Shown piece after piece: positions 8,121 through 17,137 of a stretch of DNA of 50,789 bases. The notes under the pieces are model-generated. The model was given only the letters and a program-made list of their open reading frames with translations. It was not told the origin of the DNA and searched no databases. Numbering within the stretch: the stretch's first letter is position 1; each line of letters starts with the position of its first letter. Made by a program: the position numbers and the translations under genes. Origin of the DNA: a virus (taxonomy: Duplodnaviria; Caudoviricetes); the IMG/VR virus record IMGVR_UViG_3300037457_000049, positions 1-50,789 of that record, one strand, 5' to 3'.

Positions 8121-8978
8121 ATGGAACCCTCGGTCATCACCCGCCCCCGCCGGCCCCGGGCCGCGATGGTGGCGGCTCACGAGTCGGCGGCTGCTGTGTT
8201 CGCCGCGCTGGAGCCGGGTACGGAGCTGCTGTGTCTGACCCATGGTCAGTTTTCGCTGGTGGATGCGCTGACGGCGATCTTGGACCGGACCGGCCCGGCG
8301 GATGTGGCGGTCTCGACCTGGAGCGCGGCGAAGGCCGATCTGCTGCATGCGGAGAAGTTCCTGGCGGATGGTCGGATCCGTTCGCTGCGGTTTGTGGTTG
8401 ACCGGTCGTTCGCGACCCGGCAGCCGGATTACTGCGCGACGCTGGTCAAGCTGTTCGGCCCGGAGTCGATCCGGTCGACGGCGCTGCACGCCAAGTTCGC
8501 CGTGGTCAGCAACGACGCGTGGCACGTGGCGGTGCGGACGTCGATGAACCTGAACGAGAACCGGCGTATGGAGTACGTCGAGGTCTCGGATGACGTCGAG
8601 GTGGCCGGGTTCTTCCTGGCGCTGGTTGACGAGCTGTTCACCGGGGTCGCGGCCGGTGACATGAACAACTACGGGATGCCGGACGGCGGCGGCCGGTTCG
8701 CGCCGGCGCCGCGGTTGTCGGGCACGAACGCGGCGGAGCTGGAGGCGACTCTGGCGGAGCTGCGGCGGATGGGCCGGCTGGAGCGGGTCGACTCGGCCCG
8801 GGTCCAGATGGCCCGGTCGATGGCGTCGGTCCTGGACGATGACCCGGCGGCGGCGGCGCTGTGGCGGCAGTACCGGGAGGTGATGGGGGAGCTGACGGCT
8901 GATGACGGCGATTCTGGCGAGGCAGAGCGCCTCATCGCTGAGTTGTCCGCCCCGGTTCTCGACGCGCCGCCGGCCTGA
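8121..8978 (+). CDS. Terminase small subunit with N-terminal PLD-like nuclease domain
   Basis: LHAKF...TSMNLN (HxK...SxN); helical C-terminus ending AAALWRQYREVMGEL overlaps TerL; TGgTAGGAT 6 nt before ATG (leaderless). Confidence 0.7.
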   Translation: MEPSVITRPRRPRAAMVAAHESAAAVFAALEPGTELLCLTHGQFSLVDALTAILDRTGPADVAVSTWSAAKADLLHAEKFLADGRIRSLRFVVDRSFATRQPDYCATLVKLFGPESIRSTALHAKFAVVSNDAWHVAVRTSMNLNENRRMEYVEVSDDVEVAGFFLALVDELFTGVAAGDMNNYGMPDGGGRFAPAPRLSGTNAAELEATLAELRRMGRLERVDSARVQMARSMASVLDDDPAAAALWRQYREVMGELTADDGDSGEAERLIAELSAPVLDAPPA

Positions 8979-10461
8979 GCGGGCGACGTTCGGCCACGAG
9001 CTGGCGGCGGTTGCTGACCGGCTGGCGCAGCCGTTCATGCCGTGGCAGCGGTATGTGGCCGACGTCGGGTGTGAGGTCGACCCGGCGACCGGGCTGCCGG
9101 CCTACCGTGAGGTGGTCGTCACAGTCCCCCGACAGCAGGGGAAGACGACCCTGTTCCTGTCCTGGCAGATCAACCGGTGCAACTCGGCGCGCTGGTCGCA
9201 TCCGCAGCGGTCGGTGTTCACCGCCCAGTCGGGTAAGGACGCCCGGGACAAGTGGTTGGACGAGCTGTTTCCGCTGATCCGTAACTCGGCGATCGCCAGG
9301 CTGGTCTCCCGGAAGGGTAAGCGGCTGGAGATCAACGAGGGGATGGGTAACGAGTCGGTCCGTTGGGCTACGGGGTCGCTGATCCGGCTGTTGTCGACCT
9401 CGGCGAGCTCGGGCCACTCGAAGTCCATCCATCAGGCGGTGATGGATGAGATCTGGCATGACGCGGATGAGCGGCGGGAGCAGGGTCTGCGCCCGGCGAT
9501 GATCACGGTTCCGGATGCCCAGTTGCTGGTGTGTTCGACGGCTGGCACGGACGCGAGTGTGATCCTTAACCGGAAGGTGGAGGCGGGCCGCGCGGCGACG
9601 GTGGCTGATGTCGGCTCGGGCGTGGCGTACTTTGAGTGGTCGGCGCCGGACGGGTGGGACCCGGCGGATGAGGCTTCGTACTTCGGGTTCATGCCGGCGC
9701 TGTGCCCTGACCCGCCGTGCCGGTGCGCTCCGGCGGGTCAGCGGTGGCGGCACACGGTGACGATGGACGCGATCCGCTCTGAGCGGGCGGCGATGGAGCC
9801 GGCGGAGTTCGCGCGGGCGTACGGCAACCGGAAGACGTCGCGGATGCTGCAGGGTGTGATCACAGAGGCTCAGTGGCGGGCGCTGCAGGACCCGGACTCG
9901 GCCCGGGTGGGTGATGTGGCGCTGGGCGCGGATGTGGATCCGTTGCGCGAGTTCGGGTCGGTGGCTGTGTTCGGGTTGCGCGCCGACGGGCTGGGTCATG
10001 GGCATCTGGTGGATTACCGGCCGGGTGTGGACTGGCTTCCGGCCAGGTTGGCGGAGCTGCGGGCCGCGTTGGACCCGATCGGGCTGGCGCTGGGCCGTGG
10101 CACCTACGAGTCGCTGAAGGACGCCCTGGCCGATGTCGGCCTGTCGGTGCCGGAGGTGCCGGAGGAGCCGTGTCGGGGTGATGTGGCGGTGATGACGCCG
10201 ATGACGATGGCGGCGGCGTGCGGTCAGATGCTCGACGCGGTTAAGCAGTGTTCGTTGCGGGTGCGGCCGACGAAGCCGTTGGACGATTCGGCGGCGGTGG
10301 GTCAGGTGCGGCAGGGTGCTGACACTGTGGCGTGGTCGCCGCGGGTGTCGGGTGGGCAGATCGGCCCGATTGTGTCGTTGACGTTGGCGCGGTGGCTTCA
10401 CGGCGCGTGGGGTGAACTGGTGGCCGAGGCCGATTATGACGTGCTGCAGAGCTTCTATTGA
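8902..10461 (+). CDS. terL: Terminase large subunit
   Basis: PWQ, Walker A VPRQQGKTT, Walker B AVMDE, STAG, C-terminal nuclease region. Confidence 0.95.
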   Translation: MTAILARQSASSLSCPPRFSTRRRPERATFGHELAAVADRLAQPFMPWQRYVADVGCEVDPATGLPAYREVVVTVPRQQGKTTLFLSWQINRCNSARWSHPQRSVFTAQSGKDARDKWLDELFPLIRNSAIARLVSRKGKRLEINEGMGNESVRWATGSLIRLLSTSASSGHSKSIHQAVMDEIWHDADERREQGLRPAMITVPDAQLLVCSTAGTDASVILNRKVEAGRAATVADVGSGVAYFEWSAPDGWDPADEASYFGFMPALCPDPPCRCAPAGQRWRHTVTMDAIRSERAAMEPAEFARAYGNRKTSRMLQGVITEAQWRALQDPDSARVGDVALGADVDPLREFGSVAVFGLRADGLGHGHLVDYRPGVDWLPARLAELRAALDPIGLALGRGTYESLKDALADVGLSVPEVPEEPCRGDVAVMTPMTMAAACGQMLDAVKQCSLRVRPTKPLDDSAAVGQVRQGADTVAWSPRVSGGQIGPIVSLTLARWLHGAWGELVAEADYDVLQSFY

Positions 10462-10477
10462 GAGGGTGGCAACGAAG

Positions 10478-10681
10478 ATGGCCGAGTACGTCTATGTGCT
10501 TGCGGCAAGCAGCCGGACATACCGCTACCCGGATGCGCGCATCACGGTTACGACCGGCGGCCATCTGATCATCAAGGCAGGCAGAGACAGGACGGTGGCG
10601 GCGTTCGAGCCTGGCAGGTGGTTCGGCGCCGAACTTCGGCAACTGGATTCGGCACCGACCCCGGCGGCGTCCGGTGGCTGA
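10478..10681 (+). CDS. Hypothetical protein
   Basis: RBS GAGGGTG; small beta-rich ORF after terL. Confidence 0.6.
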   Translation: MAEYVYVLAASSRTYRYPDARITVTTGGHLIIKAGRDRTVAAFEPGRWFGAELRQLDSAPTPAASGG

Positions 10682-10838
10682 GACGTTGACTGAGCGGATC
10701 GACCGCGAGCTGATCGCCCAGGGATACCCCGAGGCATGCGTGACGTGGGTGTGCGCCGGGCATCGGCGGCACTGCAACCGGATCGGGACCGAGCATGGTC
10801 AGCACGCGTGCTGGTTGTGTGAGAACGCCGTCTACTAG
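10674..10838 (+). CDS. 54-aa Cys/His-rich microprotein (not in ORF track)
   Basis: MAETLTERIDRELIAQGYPEACVTWVCAGHRRHCNRIGTEHGQHACWLCENAVY; start overlaps upstream stop. Confidence 0.5.
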   Translation: MAETLTERIDRELIAQGYPEACVTWVCAGHRRHCNRIGTEHGQHACWLCENAVY

Positions 10839-10841
10839 AAC

Positions 10842-10983
10842 GATGGGCGCCCGTTTCCGGGCGCCCATCCGGGGTACCCGCTGAGGTGACCCCAACCCGC
10901 CGCATCCCCGAGGGGACTCCCGTAAACGGCCCGTGGCGGAAGACCGGCGTCTGAGCTGGGGGCGACCCCCCGCATCAGCCGCT
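10842..10983 (+). ncRNA. Candidate structured RNA between terminase and portal
   Basis: Perfect 12-bp hairpin 10842-10869; CCGCCGC/GTGGCGG stem enclosing two hairpins; GGGG-GCGA-CCCC inside CTGA..TCAG. Confidence 0.4.
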
Positions 10984-11015
10984 ATTGGTTGACAGCCTAC
11001 CGCGAAGGAGGTTCG

Positions 11016-11207
11016 GTGCGCATTCTGCGAGGTTCGGCGCGCACTGTGCTGACTGACGCGCTGGACGTGCTGGGGGTGCTGGCGGTGGCGGCCGGTGTCG
11101 GTGCCGGGGTGGCCGCGTGGCTGGGCTGGTGGGGCCTGGCCGTTGCTGGCGGGGTGCTGCTGGCCGGGTCGGCGTTGGCTGAGCGGATGGGCGGTGGTGG
11201 ACGGTGA
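11016..11207 (+). CDS. Small membrane protein (pre-portal)
   Basis: RBS AAGGAGG; two hydrophobic segments. Confidence 0.75.
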   Translation: MRILRGSARTVLTDALDVLGVLAVAAGVGAGVAAWLGWWGLAVAGGVLLAGSALAERMGGGGR

Positions 11208-11494
11208 GCACGGACTTTGTCCCGGCGCCTCTTATCGAGGTGCCGCTACGTGACGTGCTGAAGCAACACGCCCAGACGGGCCAGTTCGGGGGCTGCCATC
11301 TGCGGATGAGCGCTGACACGCTCGCGTCCTGCCGGGCCTTCACCGCTTCGCCGCGGCGGATGCCGTGGGAACCCGACCTGGGGATGCTCACCGGCCTGTC
11401 GGTGGTGGTCGACGAGTCGGTGCCGTACGGGCGCTACCGGCTGCGGGACAACGCCCCGGCTGGTGACGTGCGCAGGATCGGCCCGATGCTGTGA
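11204..11494 (+). CDS. Hypothetical protein resembling a capsid-protein fragment
   Basis: GTGA overlaps at both ends; MSADTL...W.PDLGMLTGLSVVVDESVP.G. Confidence 0.6.
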   Translation: MSTDFVPAPLIEVPLRDVLKQHAQTGQFGGCHLRMSADTLASCRAFTASPRRMPWEPDLGMLTGLSVVVDESVPYGRYRLRDNAPAGDVRRIGPML

Positions 11495-12762
11495 GCCTGT
11501 TCCACCGTCGGACGTCGAAGATCGACGGGCCGCCGCTGTTCGATGGGGACATCCCGCCGCGGCCGGGTAGTACCGGCCGGCGTGGTGTGGTGTCGGTGAC
11601 GTCGGACTCGGCGATGCGGCACTCGGCCGTGTGGGCGTGCCTGCGGATCCGCGCCGACCTGGTCTCGACGTTCCCCTGTGACACGTTCCGGCGGGTCAAG
11701 GGCCTGCGGCCGGTGGAGGTGCCCAAGCCGGCGGTGCTGGTCGACCCGGGTGGGGAGCGGTGGGACTACCAGGACTGGATGTACGCCAGCCAGGTGGACC
11801 TGGACCGGGCCGGCAACGTGCTCGGGCTGATCACCGACCGGGACGGGAACGGCAAGCCGGCGCGGATCGACCTGCAGGGCCTGGGTGACTGGACGGTGCG
11901 GGAGCTGCGCGATAGCGGCGAGCTGCGTTACCGGGTGAAGGGCAAGGATTACACCCCGGATGAGGTGTGGCATGAGCGTCAGTACGTGGTGGCTGGTCTG
12001 CCGGTGGGCCTGTCGCCGATCGCGTACGCGGCCTGGTCGGTAAGCGAGTACCTGTCCGCTCAGCAGTTCGCCCTGGACTGGTTCGGCGGCGGCGCGATTC
12101 CCAAGGCACACGCGAAGAACACCGCCCGGACCTTGCAGCCGGGTGAGGCGGCGGCGCTGAAGCAGCGTTACCGGGAGACGCTGGACCACGGCGACCTGCT
12201 GGTCACCGGCCGGGATTGGGACTACAACCCGCTGCAGGCCGAGAAGATGGGCATGGAGTGGCTGGAGGGCCGTAAGTACGGCCTGGCCGACATCTGCCGG
12301 TTCCTGGGTGTGCCGGCCGACATGGTCGAGGCGGCGGTGTCGGCAGGCGGCTCGGTGCGGTACGAGAACATCACCAGCCGGCATCTCGACTTCCTGATCC
12401 TCCACCTTGGCCCGGCGGTCAACCGGCGCGAGAAGAACCTGACGAAGCTGCTGTCCGCGCCCCGGTTCGTCAAGCTGAATACCGACGCGCTGTTGCGGAT
12501 GGACCCGGAGAAGCGGGCTCAGATGATGGACGAGGCGATCGAGCATCGCCGGATGACGGTGACCGAGGCCAGGGAGTTGGACAACCGGCCGCCGTTGACG
12601 CCTGAGCAGGAGGAGGAGTTTGTGCGCCTGTTCGGTGTGCCGCGGGCGTCCGCGGAGACGACGGTCCGGGATGAGCGTGCGGAGCCGGAGCGGTGGGAGC
12701 GGGTGTCTCCGTGGTCGGCTGTGCCGGCGCCACGGCCGCCACGATTCGAGGATGTGAGCTGA
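11491..12762 (+). CDS. Portal protein (HK97 family)
   Basis: SAMRHSAVWAC, GN, GLSPI, ICRFLGVP, TEARELDNRPP; size and position. Confidence 0.95.
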   Translation: MSLFHRRTSKIDGPPLFDGDIPPRPGSTGRRGVVSVTSDSAMRHSAVWACLRIRADLVSTFPCDTFRRVKGLRPVEVPKPAVLVDPGGERWDYQDWMYASQVDLDRAGNVLGLITDRDGNGKPARIDLQGLGDWTVRELRDSGELRYRVKGKDYTPDEVWHERQYVVAGLPVGLSPIAYAAWSVSEYLSAQQFALDWFGGGAIPKAHAKNTARTLQPGEAAALKQRYRETLDHGDLLVTGRDWDYNPLQAEKMGMEWLEGRKYGLADICRFLGVPADMVEAAVSAGGSVRYENITSRHLDFLILHLGPAVNRREKNLTKLLSAPRFVKLNTDALLRMDPEKRAQMMDEAIEHRRMTVTEARELDNRPPLTPEQEEEFVRLFGVPRASAETTVRDERAEPERWERVSPWSAVPAPRPPRFEDVS

Positions 12763-14415
12763 GTGACCGAGAGCATCCACGTCCGCCGACTCGCGGCGCT
12801 GAGGGACCGGACCGCGGCGCGGATCGTCGCCCGGGCGACGCGGGAGGGCCTGACCGTCGCCCAGCTGGCCGACGTGCGGCTGCCCTGGTACGCGATCCGC
12901 AACCAGGCCGAGGGTGATGACGGGCCGGCCACGGTGTGGATCTATGACGAGGTGGGCGGGTCGTTCGGGGTGGAGGCGGAGCAGTTCGCCCGGGACCTGG
13001 ACGAGATTCAGGCCCGGTCGATTTTGGTCCGGATGAACAGTCCGGGCGGAGGCGTGATGGACGGCATCGCCATCCGTAACTCGCTCAAGCAGCACCCGGC
13101 CCTAATAGCGGTGTCCGTCGATTCGCTATGCGCGAGTATCGCAAGCGTCATCATCACCGCCGCCGACCCGTACGACCCACGCGCCGACACTGGTGGTGTG
13201 CGGATGCGGCCGGGTTCCCAGTTGATGATCCATGACGCGCTCGGAATGGAGCGGGGCCAGGCTTCCGACATGGCGGCCATGTCCACGTTCCTTGATCGGC
13301 AATCGGACAACATCGCCGGGTTCTATGCGCGCAAGGCAAAGGGCGACAAGGCCGAGTTTCGGCAACTGATGCTGGAAGAGACGTGGATGTTCGACCATGA
13401 GGCGGTCGCCATGGGCCTGGCGGACGTAGTAGTGGAGGACGATCCGGCGCCGGACGCGGAGCTTGAGGAGCGGATGGGTCACCGGCACGAGCTGCGGGAC
13501 TTCCGGCATGCCGGTCGCCGCGCCGCGCCGGCTCCGCGGCGGCGGACCGCGGCGAAGCCTGAGAAGCGGACGGAGGGGGCTATGCCGGTGATGATGGCGC
13601 GGGCCAGCAGCGACGCGGAGCGGCGGCAGGCAGCCGTCGCGCGGAGTGAGGCGGCTGGTGACCGGTCGGGTCGGGTGGCCCGGCGGGCGGCGCCGGTGGG
13701 TGTGGGCGCGTCGCGGATGGCCGGGTTCCCGGCCCGGATGCGCGCCGAGCTGGTGGAGCACAACGGCCAGCGGCGCTACCACCTGGAAGGTCACGCGAGC
13801 GTGGTCGAGCAGCCCTACGAGATGTGGGACAGCTTCGGCCCGTACATGGAGATCATCGAGCGCGGGGCGTTTGACCGGACGCTGGCGGCCGGCCCGGACG
13901 TGGCGTTCCTGGTCAACCACCGGGGCGTGACCATGGCCCGGACCACGAACGACACGCTGCGGCTGGCGATGGACGACCCCGGCCTGAAGACAGACGCCTG
14001 GCTGAACCCGAAGCGTCAGGACGTCTCGGACCTGGTCACCGCGATCGAGGACAAGGACGTCACCGAGATGTCCTTTGCTTTCATGCTCGCCGATGGTGCC
14101 GGCCGCTGGAATGAGGATTTCAGCGAGTTCCGGATCAGCGAGGTGGACATCGACCGCGGCGACGTCAGTGCGGTGAACTACGGCGCGAACCCGTACACCG
14201 ACGTGTCGGCCCGTTCCCGTGAGGTGCTGTCCGACCTGGACCACCTGCCGGCCGGTGCCGCCCGGGCGGCGGTGGCCCGTCTGCAGGCCCGCGCCGATGT
14301 GGCCGGGACTAAGATCGTGGATGTGGCGGCCGAGCTGGGCGCACCAGCCGAGCTAGCGCCGCCTGCCAGGCAGGGCCGCAGCATCGCCCACCTGGAGGCG
14401 TTGCTCGAATCGTAG
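12763..14415 (+). CDS. Capsid maturation protease: ClpP-like domain fused to HK97-type prohead protease
   Basis: NSPGG, CASIAS, MIHD, ETW (ClpP-like); EGHAS, GAF, LVNH, EMSFAF, VSAVNYGANP (HK97-type). Confidence 0.9.
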   Translation: MTESIHVRRLAALRDRTAARIVARATREGLTVAQLADVRLPWYAIRNQAEGDDGPATVWIYDEVGGSFGVEAEQFARDLDEIQARSILVRMNSPGGGVMDGIAIRNSLKQHPALIAVSVDSLCASIASVIITAADPYDPRADTGGVRMRPGSQLMIHDALGMERGQASDMAAMSTFLDRQSDNIAGFYARKAKGDKAEFRQLMLEETWMFDHEAVAMGLADVVVEDDPAPDAELEERMGHRHELRDFRHAGRRAAPAPRRRTAAKPEKRTEGAMPVMMARASSDAERRQAAVARSEAAGDRSGRVARRAAPVGVGASRMAGFPARMRAELVEHNGQRRYHLEGHASVVEQPYEMWDSFGPYMEIIERGAFDRTLAAGPDVAFLVNHRGVTMARTTNDTLRLAMDDPGLKTDAWLNPKRQDVSDLVTAIEDKDVTEMSFAFMLADGAGRWNEDFSEFRISEVDIDRGDVSAVNYGANPYTDVSARSREVLSDLDHLPAGAARAAVARLQARADVAGTKIVDVAAELGAPAELAPPARQGRSIAHLEALLES

Positions 14416-14417
14416 GG

Positions 14418-14558
14418 CCGGCAGTCATACCGGACCCGGCAGTACCGGCAGTCAGACCGGAAACCGTAACCAGCACCGCGGACAGCGAGCCGACACTCAG
14501 ATCGGTGGCCATCCGCCGAAAGCGCACGCCAACAGTCAGATCGGCGGCGCGCGGCGGA
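14418..14558 (+). promoter_or_regulatory. Repeated stem-loop/operator element in the capsid gene leader
   Basis: Four copies of CC(G/A)(G/A)-CA(G/C)TCA(G/T)A-(C/T)CGG at 14418, 14445, 14490, 14529, plus a truncated copy at 14436. Confidence 0.65.
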
Positions 14559-14597
14559 CGTGGAGCAGCCAACAAGCTGTCTCTAGGAGAACCGATC

Positions 14598-16028
14598 ATG
14601 GCAACCATTGAGGAACTGATCCTGTCCATCGAGGTGGAGCAGGAGCAGGCGACCAAGCGGCGTGACCGCTCGGTCGCCGAGGTGAAGTCGATCCTGGCCA
14701 AGGCCCGCGCGGACGGCCGGGCGAACCTGACCGAGGAGGAGGACTCCGACTGCGAGGCCGCGATGAAGCGGCGGAAGTCGGCGGAGGCGGACATCCGCGG
14801 CATCGGAAGCAAGCTGCAGCGGGCCAAGGAGGCCCAGGAGGCTGAGCGGGAGATCGAGGCCGGGCTTCAGGAGCGGACCGCGGACCCGAAGACCACGGCG
14901 GGCGCGCGGCCGGCATACGACCGTGTCGCCCGGGTGGGGTCGGAGGAACGGACCTATCACCCCGGCAACTCCCGCAGGGGCAAGGAGTTCCTGCAGGACG
15001 TGGTCCGCAACTTCCTGTACCAGGACCCGGAGTGCCAGGGCCGGCTGGCCCGTCACATGTCGGAGGAGCGGGTCGAGCGCGGGCAGTACCTGACCCGCGC
15101 CACGGGCACCGGCGCGTTCGCGGGCCTCACCGTTCCGCAGTACCTGACCGAGATGTTCGCGCCGGCGGTGGCCGCCCGGCGGCCGTTCGCGGACGCGATG
15201 ACCTCGCTGCCGCTGCCGGCCAACGGGATGACGGTGAACATCTCGCGGATCACCACGGCGACGTCGGTGGACCTGCAGGCCGCGGAGAACGACGAGGTGG
15301 ACGAGACCGACGCCGATGACACGCTGCTGACGATCAACGTTCAGACCGCGGCCGGAATGCAGACCATCTCGCGGCAGGCGATCGACCGGGGTACCGGCAT
15401 CGAGGAAGTGACGATGCGGGACCTTCAGCGCCGGTACGCGACCCGGCTCGACTCGACGATCATCAACCAGGCGGTCACCGGGCTGCTGGCTGTGGGCACG
15501 GACGTCACCTATGACGACACCACTCCATCGGGTGCCGAGCTGTACCCGAAGATTCTGGAGGGTGCGGCGGCGTCGGAGGCGGCGCTGCTGGGCCAGGCCG
15601 ACCCGGATGTGGTGGTCATGCACTCACGGCGGTGGTACTGGCTGCAGAGCCAGATGGTCAGCACCTGGCCGCTGATCGGGCAGCCGGGCATCGACCCGCG
15701 CCACGGTGGCGAGAACCTGGCCGAGACGTACGGCTCCGGGTTCCGGGGCGTGCTCCCGTCGGGGATGCGGGTGATCGTGGACAACAACATTCCGATCAAC
15801 CTGGGTGGCGGCACCAACCAGGACACGGTGGTCGTGGTGCCGCGGGACGAGTCGTTCCTGTGGGAGGACCCGGACGCGCCCCAGTTCATCCGCGCCGAGC
15901 AGGCCAAGGCCGCCAACCTCGGGGTGCTGCTGGTCCTTTTTGGCTACTTCGCTTACACCATGGCGCGTTACACCAACTCCCACCAGCAGATCACCGGGAC
16001 CGGGCTCGTGACGCCGGTGTTCGGCTGA
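14598..16028 (+). CDS. Major capsid protein (HK97 fold) with N-terminal scaffold/delta domain
   Basis: RBS AGGAGA; coiled-coil N-terminus; GLTVPQYL, ISRQAIDR, VVMHSRRW, GMRVIVDNNIP. Confidence 0.93.
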   Translation: MATIEELILSIEVEQEQATKRRDRSVAEVKSILAKARADGRANLTEEEDSDCEAAMKRRKSAEADIRGIGSKLQRAKEAQEAEREIEAGLQERTADPKTTAGARPAYDRVARVGSEERTYHPGNSRRGKEFLQDVVRNFLYQDPECQGRLARHMSEERVERGQYLTRATGTGAFAGLTVPQYLTEMFAPAVAARRPFADAMTSLPLPANGMTVNISRITTATSVDLQAAENDEVDETDADDTLLTINVQTAAGMQTISRQAIDRGTGIEEVTMRDLQRRYATRLDSTIINQAVTGLLAVGTDVTYDDTTPSGAELYPKILEGAAASEAALLGQADPDVVVMHSRRWYWLQSQMVSTWPLIGQPGIDPRHGGENLAETYGSGFRGVLPSGMRVIVDNNIPINLGGGTNQDTVVVVPRDESFLWEDPDAPQFIRAEQAKAANLGVLLVLFGYFAYTMARYTNSHQQITGTGLVTPVFG

Positions 16029-16031
16029 TCG

Positions 16032-16589
16032 ATGCACACCAGCGTGTCGGCCTGGGTGAGCCGCGTGCTCACCCGGGCAGACATCGCCGGCCGGACGGTT
16101 CTGGAGGTCGGCTCGCGCGACGTCAACGGGTCCGTCCGGGCGATGGTGGAGGCGCTCGGCCCGGCCACCTACGTGGGCACCGACATGCAGTCCGGTCCGG
16201 GTGTCGACCAGGTGGTCCGGGCTGAGGACCTGCCCGCCACCTTCGACGAGAACGCATTCGATGTGGTCGTCTCGACGGAGATGCTCGAGCATGCCGCGGC
16301 CTGGCGGGACTGCCTGATGGCCATGGCGCTGGTGCTGCGGCCGGGTGGTCTGCTGGTGCTGACGACCCGGTCGCCCGGTTTCCCCCGGCATGACTATCCG
16401 GGCGACTTCTGGCGGTTCAGCCGGGAGGTGGTGGCAGCCGCGCTGATAGCGGCCGGGTGCGGCGCATTCGAGCTCGTGGGCGACCCTCAGCCGGGCCATC
16501 CAGGTGTGTTCGTCCGGGCGCGCAAGTCGGACCCGTGGCGGCCGGACTGGCCGCGGCTGGCAGCGGTAGAGGTGGAACCGGCGCCGTGA
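16032..16589 (+). CDS. Class I SAM-dependent methyltransferase (non-DNA type)
   Basis: VLEVGSRDVNG, YVGTD, FDVVVSTEMLEH, LRPGGLLVLT, HDYPGDFWRF. Confidence 0.9.
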   Translation: MHTSVSAWVSRVLTRADIAGRTVLEVGSRDVNGSVRAMVEALGPATYVGTDMQSGPGVDQVVRAEDLPATFDENAFDVVVSTEMLEHAAAWRDCLMAMALVLRPGGLLVLTTRSPGFPRHDYPGDFWRFSREVVAAALIAAGCGAFELVGDPQPGHPGVFVRARKSDPWRPDWPRLAAVEVEPAP

Positions 16590-17137
16590 GGCTGGTCCGG
16601 TCGTGGCCGGCGGTGGTCCCAACCGGTCGAGCGCGGGTCGAGGACTGCATGGAGCGGCTGGTGATGTCCGGCTACGACTACTCGGTGCTGGCCGGCGTCG
16701 GTGATGACGTGCTGCTGCTGGAGTGGGATGTCGCGGTCGGCGGTGAGGAGCTTGCGGCGTTCGCGGCTCGGGCGGCTGAGCAGCCGGACCGGGTGCTAGC
16801 CGCACCGTACCGGCTGCATCCCGGGTGTTCCATACGCGGCCCGGCCAGGGCGCCGTGCTGGTCGGCATGGCACTACCGCGGCGGTGACCAGCAGCTGGGC
16901 GGACTGGTCGAGGTCACGGCCGGCGACCCGGTGGCTCACGTCTCCGGTCTGGGGCTGGTGTACCTGCCCCGACGTCTGATCCTGCGCTACCTGGCCGAGC
17001 GGGAGCCTGGCTGGGGGTTCAGCGACATCGCTTTCTCGGGCTGGCACTTCCGGCGGGTGCGTCCAGAGATCCTGTTGGACTGGTCGGCCCGGCCTGTCCA
17101 CCTGCACTACCAGATACCCACTGTGGAGGGATCGTGA
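16586..17137 (+). CDS. Putative minimal GT-A-fold glycosyltransferase-like protein
   Basis: VLLLEWDV (DxD-like), LAAPY, GLGLVYLP, DIAFS, PVHLH; GTGA-coupled to the methyltransferase. Confidence 0.55.
   Translation: MRLVRSWPAVVPTGRARVEDCMERLVMSGYDYSVLAGVGDDVLLLEWDVAVGGEELAAFAARAAEQPDRVLAAPYRLHPGCSIRGPARAPCWSAWHYRGGDQQLGGLVEVTAGDPVAHVSGLGLVYLPRRLILRYLAEREPGWGFSDIAFSGWHFRRVRPEILLDWSARPVHLHYQIPTVEGS

Noticed and set aside
14418-14558. Mini CRISPR array
   Set aside because: Repeats are only 16 bp, irregularly spaced, and no cas genes are visible.
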